DNA of 63,448 bases, filler included, from Reclinomonas americana ATCC 50394 (Eukaryota), in the NCBI GenBank assembly GCA_048213135.1. It is 5 parts of 2 records of this genome, joined end to end, with 100 filler letters (N's around TTAATTAATTAA, not from the genome) between each part and the next. Parts side by side here need not be neighbours in the genome. Positions count along the whole stretch, not along the records: positions 48,435 to 54,710 come from PS015113.1; positions 54,811 to 63,448 come from PS015113.1; 3 more parts are not named here. One strand, 5' to 3'. A program made the position numbers and the translations under genes. The notes below the pieces were generated by a model. The model made no database searches. It was given only the letters and a program-made list of their open reading frames with translations, and was not told where the DNA came from. Shown one piece after another: positions 53,501-63,448 of this stretch (the stretch's first letter is position 1; each line of letters opens with the position of its first letter).

Positions 53501-55966
53501 AGTGGCTGGTGCGCTTCCACGAGGCAGCGACACACACTACCAATCGACAGCAGCGTGTGGCGGCCATGGCCGACGAAATCGAGCAGAACCTGACTCTGGT
53601 GGGTGTCACTGGCATTGAGGACAAGTTGCAAGAAGGGTGTGTGCATCATGGGATGTCTCCTCGCTTGCTATCGCATGCAGTGTGACTGACCGTGATTCGC
53701 AGTGTGGCCGAAACCATCACCCTGTTGCGCCGCGCCGACATTCGTGTGTGGATGTTGACGGGGTGAGTTTCGATTGTGTGTGTGATCCATCCGCTGCCTC
53801 CGTGAGAGTAATGACCGCCGCGTGCAGCGACAAGTGGGACACGGCACTCAACATTGCGTATGCGTGCTCGCTGCTGGGCACCGACATGAATCTGTGCAAG
53901 CTGCAAATGGAGTCACCGGAGCTGCGGCATGTGCAGCAGGAACTCGATCGGCGGGCGTCATTACGTCAGCTGCAGACCTCGGACTCGGCCGCCCATTTAC
54001 CGCCTGGACTCGGACGCGCACCGTCCTCCAGTGCCATTCCGGTGCGACCCACCGACATTGACATTTGCCAGGTGCACGTCGAGCAGCAGTTGCAGCAGGA
54101 GCTGGAGAAGGCTCGCCAGTGGCGTGATGTTGCGCACCTCCATGATGCCCACGTTCCTTGGTGTGCTTCGCTCACATGTTCGCAACACACAGGCCGGTGT
54201 ACCGTATGGTGTCATTGTGGACGGTGGAACCATCACACACGCACTTCAGCCGCCGCTTCGCGATGCTTTCCGGGAACTCAGTTGCGTCGGCACTGCAATC
54301 GCACTACTATTTTCTGATTCTCACTCACGCTCGTGCAACGCCATTGCAGTGCTGGCCTCCACGTCGGTGGTGTGCTGCCGTGTGTCGCCTGGACAAAAAG
54401 CCGACATTGTCAACATTGTGAACAATCCGCCGGAGGCGCGCGGACAGCCGCCACCCGAGCTCACTTCGCCACGTGCGCACCATTACAGCAGCAGCAGCGG
54501 CGGCGGCGGCAGCAAAGGCGACAAGCACGCAGCACCGATGCACGAGAAGAAGCGCGACCGCATCACACTTGGTGAGTGAGGGCGAGAGACGGAAGAGATT
54601 CATGTACACCATCGACTCATTAGCGCACACAACAGCCATTGGCGACGGTGCGAATGACGTGCCGATGATCCGCACTGCACGAGGTCTGCCTTGTGTGCTC
54701 TTTGTAATGANNNNNNNNNNNNNNNNNNNNNNNNNNNNNNNNNNNNNNNNNNNNTTAATTAATTAANNNNNNNNNNNNNNNNNNNNNNNNNNNNNNNNNN
54801 NNNNNNNNNNCCCGTGTGCTCGAGGGCATTCAAGTGTTGTGATATACTGACTTGACTATTCATCCTCTCCCTCTCGCTGCAGTGTACACTTCGCTGCCGG
54901 TGCTCGTTCTCGCCGCCGCCGACATTGACGTGTCGCCAGAGGCGTCCTTCAACAACCCGCACCTGTACAAGGTCGGCCAGCACAACGAGCTGGTACGTGC
55001 TGCTCTCCTCCGTCTGTCTAGTTCTCGTGCTGACGGCTTGTTGCACTTTCTCAGTTCCGATGGTGGCGAGTGTTTGGTTGGTTCCTCGACTCCATCTACG
55101 AGAGTGTGGTGCGTCTGCTTGCCAGCGACCCAGCACATGTGACGCGTACTCATTTTTGTTGCTCTCCACTCCTCCAGGTCAATTACTTTGTGCCCATGTG
55201 GGCCTTGGCCTTTTTCGGCGGCGCTGTCGGGACCGGTGGCCGTGATCTCTACCAGGCCCAACTGGGTGTGCTCATGTTCACGTGCCTGCTGTTTAGCGTG
55301 CTTTTGCGACTCTGTCTCGTGTTCCGGTGAGTGGTTTCCATTGACCATGCACAATCGCCATCACGCCGTGTTCACTCCCCGCTGCGCAGCTCCTGGAACA
55401 TGCTCCTCATCGGCACTCTTCTGTTCTCGGTGACCGCCTTCTGGGTGATCTCCTTTGTGTTGACGGAGTTCCCGTATTCCATTCTTCTGTCGTTCCAGGC
55501 CACGGCGCTGCGGCACACATTGTACTACATCTCCTCAGTCGGCCTCTTCTGGCTCATCCTCATCATTACGGTGCCGGTGGCCGTGCTGCCGGCATACGTT
55601 GTGCAATAGTTTCGTGAACACTGTTGCACGCAATTGTGCGCTTCTACACCGCACCTGCTCACACTCGACTCTCGCAGTTGGCAGAGATGGCACGCAGAAC
55701 CGGAGGTGTGGCAGGTGGTGGCCGAGCGCGAGTTCGGCAAGCACACGAAATGTGTATTGCCTGTGGAGGTGAGTGGCCCTCCCCGCTCGTCGTCGTCACA
55801 CGTGGAGGGAAGTGCTGACAGCGACTCGCAGCTGAAATCCATCTCCGCAACACGAGAACCGGGCTCACCAGCGACGACCTACGACGACGACACCAACAAT
55901 CTGGATTTGTCGACGACGGTGGAGTTGGAGCGGCCGGCGCCACTTCCCGGCGCCGTTGCCAAGTAA
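50530..55966 (+). CDS. P4-type ATPase (phospholipid flippase), multi-exon, interrupted by gap 54711-54810
   Basis: [95 protein letters not shown]. Confidence 0.96.
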
Positions 55967-56014
55967 TAATTCGAGAATCATAATAATACATCCCGTGTGA
56001 CACTGTTTAGTACA

Positions 56015-57274
56015 CTATGACGATGAAGAAGAAGTGGAGGAGGAGGAGCGACGGTGCCGCCTCTTCGAGTCCCGCTTCCGCCCTCGCTCCTTGCTAGACT
56101 TGTTCTCCTTTGCCAGTGGCTTGTAGAACACTCCATTCACCTCCACGCCCTCGAACATGGCCGCCCGGTCGGGATCCGACACGTAGCCGTCCATGCGCAG
56201 TCGCGAAGGGCGCGGCGGGCCGGCCTCCGCCTCGGCGGCTGCAGTCGCCGCCGGTGCTTTCCTCGATCGCTCCACCACCTTTCGCAGAGCCGCCACCTCA
56301 TCATCGTCGTCGTCACCACTGCTGTCGTCGCGCCTCGACCGCTTGCGGCTGCGATGCTGCCTCTTCTTCTCTTTCCGCTCCTTCCTCCTCTTCTCCCGTC
56401 GCCGTCTCTCCTTCTCCTCCCTTTTCTCATCTACCGACGATGACGACTCGGTGGAGGAGGAGGAGGAAGAACAAGAGGATGTGGCTGGCGACGTGGAGCG
56501 CTTCCGCCGGCGATACTTGCGCGACGACTCTGACCGCTTCTCCTCCTTGGCGGCGACCAGCTCCGACCAGCGCTCACGCCGCTCCTTCCTCTTCTCATCG
56601 CCCTCCCCCTCCTTCTCGCCCGCATCCTCCATCTCCATTACCAACCGCTCCGCCTGCTCCCGCCGCAGCTTCTCCGCCTCGGCCCGCGCACGCAGCCGCG
56701 TCTCCTCGCGCGCCAGCTCCTCCTTGCGCTCCATCTCCAGCCGCTGCTGCGGCGTCATCTTCAGCAGATCCCACTCGGGGATCTTGCGCGGCTGCTTGGC
56801 CCGCTCCGGGTCCAGCAGCGGATCATACACCTCGAATGCACTGGCGGGAATGTTCAGCGCTGCTGGTGGACGACGACGATCATCATCCTCGTCCTCATCA
56901 TCATCGTGACGCCGATGCCGCCGAGACGATGAAGCCGAGGTCACTGATGCACCCTGACGGCGATTGTGCTGCACAGCACCGTGGATCAAGTTCACGAGGA
57001 AGCTCTTGTTGGTGGTGCCAGTCGCAACTCGCCTGTCATCTGACACAATGAGACAACAACAACAACATCACCGCAGTTGTGTAAAGCAAACCGTGCATTC
57101 TGCATGTACACAGAGGAGCCGGTGGTACGCGAGCGTGCATCCAGCTCACGCGCTCGCTTCACTAGCAACGCCGCAAGCTCGGCATCACTGAACTCGGTCG
57201 TCTGAATGCGTGCACACCACTCAGCAATGCACACACACACACGCATGCATTGAAGAACGCACCTTGTGAGCCAT
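56015..57274 (-). CDS. Highly charged R/K/S/E-rich protein with N-terminal SDAELAALL...TNKSFL...HN motif (POLR1D-isoform-2-like family suspected)
   Basis: Spliced model MAHK|TTEFSDAELAALLVKRARELDARS...YMQNAR|RVATGTTNKSFLVNLIHGAVQHN, then a long final exon to TAG at 56015. Family assignment is from recalled motif only. Confidence 0.65.
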
Positions 57275-57708
57275 TGCCGAGAGTGAGAGAAAGACAACTC
57301 GCGCCAAAAAACATCGACGCGACGGCGCCATTTCGAACCCTGTCCGTCCGTAATCTTTTCGTTGCTCACTCTCTCACACACGCACAACGCAGACACAACA
57401 GTCTCTCTGCTCTCGTTGTACTGCGTGCGTCGCTCTTAGAGACTGTGACAGCGACAGAGAGANNNNNNNNNNNNNNNNNNNNNNNNNNNNNNNNNNNNNN
57501 NNNNNNNNNNNNNNNNNNNNNNNNNNNNNNNNNNNNNNNNNNNNNNNNNNNNNNNNNNNNNNNNNNNNNNNNNNNNNNNNNNNNNNNNNNNNNNNNNNNN
57601 NNNNNNNNNNNNNNNNNNNNNNNNNNNNNNNNNNNNNNNNNNNNNNNNNNNNNNNNNNNNNNNNNNNNNNNNNNNNNNNNNNNNNNNNNNNNNNNNNNNN
57701 NNNNNNNT

Positions 57709-60700
57709 GAGGTGTCGCAGGCGGAGGAGCGTGCCAAGGAGGCTGAGCGAGTGGCGCGGGAGAGCGCACACCATGCCGAGGCTGATATGAAGGAGCTGCG
57801 CTTCTTGAACGCGCATGCGACGCACAAGTGGCGGGCAGCTGCGCAGGAGGTCGATAAGCTGCGACAGCGACTGGATGAGGCGTTGCGCAAGGCGCAGGTG
57901 TTTAGTGGATCGGATGTATCGGCGGCCACTGCGGTGCTCGGGCGCACGCAGACCATTCAGATGACAGCGCCGGCTGCTCGTTGCGTCGCCAGCGTTGTCT
58001 CTCTCATGCAAAGCGTGGACTGAGTGAAGCGATTGCGCAGCGGTGTCTCGTGAGAACCTGCCACGTGCGGCGCAGGCGGAGCCGTATGCGCGCGAGTTGC
58101 TGGACTTGGCCGACGAGCGCATCACCGATCTGAATCGGCGTCTGCACAAGGCCGAGGGCGAGAACCGCGCGTTTGCCGAACGGGTGTCGGTGCTGCAAGA
58201 CAAGCTGCGCTCGCGTGAGCAGGAGATTGGTCGGCTTGGCGCGCGGTTGGAAGTCAACGGCACGGCGCCAGTCACGGGCGCGCATGGCGACTTCCTCGAT
58301 GCCGCCAACCAGGTCATGGTGGAGCATCTGAACGAGCAGATTCAGTACTTGCACTCGCAGGTGTCGACTCTCGACGAAGTTGCGTGAGGGAGCGAGCTTT
58401 TGTGTGAGTGAGTGAGTGGGACTCATCAACGTGATGCAGGAACGATCACGACTGGAGCGCGACGCCCGGCGAGTGACGCAGCTGGAGGAGGAAAACGAGG
58501 TATTTCTTGGAGGTTTCTGTCTTTTTCTTTCGCGCTGCATCCTCACTCCATTGTCGCACAGCAACTGACGGGCACAGTGACGGCACTGGAGCGACGCACG
58601 CAGATTCTGCGTGACGAACTCAAGGCCCTCAAGACGGCGCTGTCGGGCGCCCGTGTGACCGGCGGCGATGTGCACGACAGCAGCGACAGCGGACCGCCGT
58701 CGCCACGCGGACCACCGCCACGTCCCATGTCGGCGGCGGCGGCAACCACGCATGTCATACAGTCACATTCGTCGTCGTCGTCGGTGCACAGCAGCATCTC
58801 GTCGACCACCAGCGAGGTGGCGCGAGTGGAGGAGCTGCATCGGCGTCTGGCCGAGAGTCAGTCCGAGTTGCATGCGCGCAATGTGGAGATGATTGAGGTG
58901 CGCACGCAGCTGGAGACGGCACTGTCACAAGTGGTGAGTGGCGCGCATAAAGCATATGTCTTTTTTGCTCACTGTGACTCACATTGCGCTTCGTGGTGTG
59001 TGCAGTCGACACAACGGGAACTGCGCGACATCATTCGACGACTGGAAGACGAGCGCGACGACTTGCAGCACCAGCTCAAGCACTGTCGCACGCAGTTGGC
59101 GGAGGCCGAGAAGGAGATTCAGATCACGTCGACATCCGGCGATGGTACGTTGTCGGCGACAGTCGTTTTATTTTTCGCCGTCCACTCACTGCAGTTGTCG
59201 CAGAGCGTCTGGAGCAGATTCGACACTTGTCGCGCCAGCTTAGAGAGCAGGAGGGCAAGGCGGCGACGGCCGAGGGCGAAATCGAGAGCCTGATGCGAGC
59301 CAACCGTCGCATGGAGCGTGTGCTGGAGACATCGCAAGAGGAACACAAGTCGCTGGAGGAGCGCTACACGCGCATCTCGCTGGAGCTGCAGACTGAGCGG
59401 CAGCACACGGCCGAGTTGACCGAGCGGACGCAGAGGCTCGACATTGAGAGCTCCAAGGTTTGGTTCACGTCTTTGTGTGTTCGTGAGAGGTGTGCGCTCA
59501 CCCAGCGATTAACACGTACGCACACAGTGGAAGCGCAAGAGCGAGCTGCTGGACGACGAGGTGCAGTTGCTGCGTGGCGAGCTCGACGCAGCGCAAAAGA
59601 GAATAACGGCGCTGGCCACGGAGGACATGACGAACAAGATGCAGCGCGATCAGGCACGCGAACAGGACGCGATCATTGCGCAGCTGCAGGAGCGACTGCG
59701 TGTGCTCCGACAGGAGTCGGGCGAGGTAGAGCTGGAGAAGACGCGCGCGGAGATGGAACGCGATCAGGCGCGCCACCGAGTCGAACAGCTGCAGCAGGAG
59801 AAGGAGGCGCTGAAGGAGTCGCTGGCCAAGCTGCGCGAGGAGAATCACCAAATGACGGCGCGCCTCGCCGACTTCCGCGACCAACTGGACTCGATTCAGA
59901 CGTCAGTGCGCACCGCCAATGCAGAGCGCGATCGTGCGCAGGCCGCCGCCGACTCGTCCAGTCGCCTGGTGGAGGAGTTGCGCGCCGAGCGCGACTCGCT
60001 GTCGCAGGAGGTGGAGCGATCGGTGACCAGCATCCGCCTGCTTGAGCAGGAGAGCACGGCCGTTCGTACGCAACTGCGGGTGCGTGTGTGTTTGGTTTTT
60101 TGTGCTTCCATCGTGCCTTCCCGCTTCTCACTTGGATTTTTCGTAGATGACCGAGGACAAGTCGCACACGCTGGAGGAGCAAGTGGAGGATGCACTGTCG
60201 CGCACACGACGCGACGAGGACTGGGTGCTGGAAAATTCGCGATTGCAGCGCCGCATCGAGGGCTTGGAGGAGCAATGCAATGCCGAGCGACGGGCGGCCG
60301 AGGAGGCCAGGAGAGTGGAGCAGGCACGGCGACGCGAGCTGGAGGCGTCGCATGCCGATTGTGAGGAGCGCGATCGTGCACTGCGCGACAAGGATGAGCA
60401 ACTGCAGCGACTGACGACCCTGGTGGCACAAATGGAGGAGGCGCGGGAGCGCATGATTGCCGAGATGCAGAATCGGCACGGTCGTTCCGAGTCCGATCGG
60501 CAGGAGCTGGAGGAGTACCGTCGGGTGGCTGCCGAGGCGAACCAGGAGGTGTGTTAATTGTGAAAATGTGTGTTTGCTGTTGCTCACCATTGTTTTGCAG
60601 TCCGGATCGCTGCGCAAGGAGTTGCAGCGATTGCAGAAATCGGTCTATGCGCTGGACACTGAGCGGTGAGCGACAAAGTCACTGTACGGTGATGGTGATG

Positions 60701-62712
60701 ATGGCGGTAATCTTACTCATCACGTCACGCAGGGACAAGCTGCAGGCGGCGTTGGACACGAGGACCGAGCTGGTGTCGCGGTTGGAGGGTGACATGAAGA
60801 AGCGCATCGACTCGATCCAGCGACTGGAGGGCGAGCTGCGCGAGATGAGCGTGATTCGCGAGCAGTCGCGCCACGATGTGCACGCCCGTGACGAGGAGAT
60901 TGCGCGGTTGACGCGCGAGCTGCAAGACGCCATGACTGACCGTCAGCGTGCGGAGCGGGTGATTCAGCACCAACAGGCCGAGCTGCAGGCGGCAGCCGAC
61001 GATGTGCAGGCCATGACGCGTGAGAACCAGCACGTAAATGCAGAGTTGTCCGCGGTCGCCGCCGATCGCGATCGATGGAAGCTGCGCGTGTCGGAGCTGG
61101 AGTCGGCCGGTGCGTCGGCGTTCCCCTCTCCTGTTGTTATCATTCTCCTCGACTCACTCACTCACCTGCTCGCTCGCCTATAGGCAACCGCCTCGAGCAC
61201 AATGTGCGACACACGCGTGAAGAATACGACGAGGCGCTCAAGTCGTACTTTGCGGCCGTGGCGGATGTGGAGCGCTTGTCGCGCGAACTCAAGTCGGCCG
61301 AGTCGGAGCTTCTCAAACTGCGTCAGGCGGTCCTCTCCAAAGACGAGGAGGCAAGTCTCCGCTGGTGCACTTGGGGGCGGAAAGATGGTGTCGTGGGTGC
61401 TAACTTCTCTCCTCGTGCAGATAAATTTCGTTCGCACTCAGTTCCGCGGCCTGCGCGAGGAGTACGAGCGCTCACACGTGGACCTGACGGCCTGCCAGCA
61501 GGAGAATGAGCGGCTGTCGTCACAGCTGCTGATTGCGCGCGAGCGCGTCGAGGAGGTCGTGCGCGAAAAGGCGTTTGTCGGCCAGCAGCTCGAGTCGAGC
61601 AAGATCATTTTCTCGAATCTTGACAAGTCGCGCTCGACACTGGAACGCGATGTGGCCTTCTTGCAGTCGCAAAAGGAGGAACTGGAGGAGAAGGTGCATC
61701 TGCTGATGAGCGAGAAGGAGGCACTGTACGGTCAGCTGCGTCGGGAGACGGAGAAGAACAGCGGGTTGGAGGACATTATTTTGGACTTGCGCCGACGCAA
61801 CGCCGAAGTGTCGACGACCGAGTCGGAACGGTCGTCGTCTATGGACCTGGTGCTCAAGAAGTTGCAGCGTGTCGAGGCGGAGCGTGAGGCGCTGGAGAAC
61901 AAGAGCAAGCACCTGGAGCAGCGTCTCGGCGTGCTGCTGGAGCGCGAGGCCGAGGCCAGCACCCTGAATTCGCACTCGCAGGGAGCGCTCGCTCGACTGG
62001 AGCGCGAGGTGCGCGCGTTGTCGGATCGCAACATGGCGCACGAGGCCAACATCGAGAACTACCGGTCTCAAATCAAGATGCTGGAGGACACGAACGCACG
62101 CCTGCAAGAGCACCTGCAGCGCCTGGAGCGGGAGCACGGGCGCGCCCAGTCGCTCGGCACGGACTTGTCGGGCGAGCTGAGTGCGGCGCGTGAGAACTGC
62201 CGCGACTTGGAGCGCGAGCTGGCCCGCCGCCAGGAGCACATTGTGTTGCTGGAGAAGGACATTGCCGACCTGCGCGACCAGCTGGCGCACGAGCAGAATG
62301 TGGTACGTGGTGGTGGTAGTGGTGCTCTTGGTCAAGAAGATAGTATCTCATTCCGGTGACATGTGCTTGCCCGCAGTGTGCACGCGAGACGGAGACGCGC
62401 CGGCGCTTGGAGGAGAGCGAATCGCGGTTAGCGCATCGAGTGGAGACGTTGACGCGTGAGATGCACACGCAGCGCGAACTGCTGGAGGCCACGCGTCGCG
62501 AAAATCGCGACCTGCAGAAGCGTGTGCACCACTTGGTGACAGCGCACGCTGGTCTGCATGCCGTGGCATCTGAGCCGTCATTCAGCGGCGAGTTGGGCGG
62601 CGTGCGCGAGGAGTTTGAGAGCTCCAAGAGGCGCATCACGCAGTACGTGGAGGAATTTAGTAATGTCAGCTCGCACAGTGCGACGGCGGTGCTCAGCCGC
62701 GACGAGCGATGA
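57709..62712 (+). CDS. CEP135: Centriolar cartwheel protein CEP135/BLD10 (multi-exon, 5' in gap)
   Basis: ELRFLN, EPYARELLDLADERI, REQEIGRL, NQVMVEHLNEQIQYL and DDVQAMTRENQ match, in order, recalled CEP135 segments (LKFLN, DPYIADLLQVADNRI, REREIERL, NEKLIAHLNIQVDFL, DDLATMARENQ). Long coiled coil. AATAAA just after the stop. Confidence 0.85.
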
Positions 62713-62878
62713 CAGAATAAACCAATCGGCAGCTAACAATGTTTTGTATCCTCCTTCCTCCTCCAACAATTGCCACGACGTACACTTTCAGTCTCTCCAT
62801 CTTCTTGTTGTTGTTGTATTTCTTTCTCTCGCGCTCTCTCCTCTCCTCCTCCTCCTCGGCGGTCCCTGTCGGCGCAGC

Positions 62879-63298
62879 TTACTTCCACAGCTTCCGCACC
62901 GACATGTCCTTGTCGCTGTCCTTCTTCATGACCTTGGCCACGGCCATCTCAAAGTCCTCCTGCGTCACATGCACACGGCGCTCACGCAAGGCGAACATGC
63001 CGGCTTCCGTGCACACAGCCTGGTGGCGACAGGATGGCGTGAGTACGAAGACACTGAAAGGGACGAGAGAGAAGCCACAATGTCACACCTTCATCTCGGC
63101 ACCCGAAGCACCGCTCATCTGCTCGGCAATCTTCTTGAGGTTGATGCCGCGCATGAGGTTCATCTTGCGCGAGTGAATGCGCAGAATGTCGAAACGTGCG
63201 GTTTCGTTCGGGTTGGGGAACTCGATCTTGCGATCGATACGGCCGGGGCGCAGCAGGGCCGGGTCGAGAATGTCGATACGGTTGGTGCACATGAGCAC
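62879..63298 (-). CDS. PSMC5: 26S proteasome AAA-ATPase RPT6/PSMC5, last two exons
   Basis: [26 protein letters not shown]...[18 protein letters not shown]...[36 protein letters not shown]...KLWK*. Confidence 0.96.
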
Positions 63299-63392
63299 CT
63301 GACACGGCGTCATCAGTCAGTCAGAGAGGAAGAGGGGAGAGGGGAGAGGGGAGACAGAGATAAGAGAAGGGAAGGGAAGGGAAGGGAAGGGA

Positions 63393-63448
<56 letters not shown>

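Overview
GC-rich, intron-rich eukaryotic (protist-like) draft scaffold, standard genetic code, with many CT/AG/AC microsatellites, N-gaps and four TTAATTAATTAA gap linkers. A CEP135/BLD10 gene suggests a centriole/flagellum-bearing organism. The first ~9.8 kb is an accessory locus of intronless genes: at least six paralogous 7-repeat WD40 proteins with a conserved helical C-terminal tail and hypervariable, shuffled repeats. The first two each sit directly behind a paralog of an unknown protein with a possible His-Me/HNH-like N-terminal domain and a conserved C-terminal GGQFVPGGGRAP(K/R)GGGYY motif. This is the best candidate for an undescribed sensor/effector or toxin/antidote system. The rest is spliced genes with mostly ~55-75 nt introns: organellar-type prolyl-tRNA synthetase, a WD-like protein, a GT-A glycosyltransferase, an atypical N-acylated Ras-like GTPase, two tandem GT31 galactosyltransferases, a hybrid histidine kinase, a large secreted NHL/FN3/cadherin/PAN protein, MYBBP1A/Pol5-like, a P4-ATPase, a charged nuclear-type protein, CEP135 and the 3' end of RPT6/PSMC5. 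Exon boundaries were read by eye, CDS coordinates give whole-gene spans including introns, and family calls rest on recalled motifs, not database searches.
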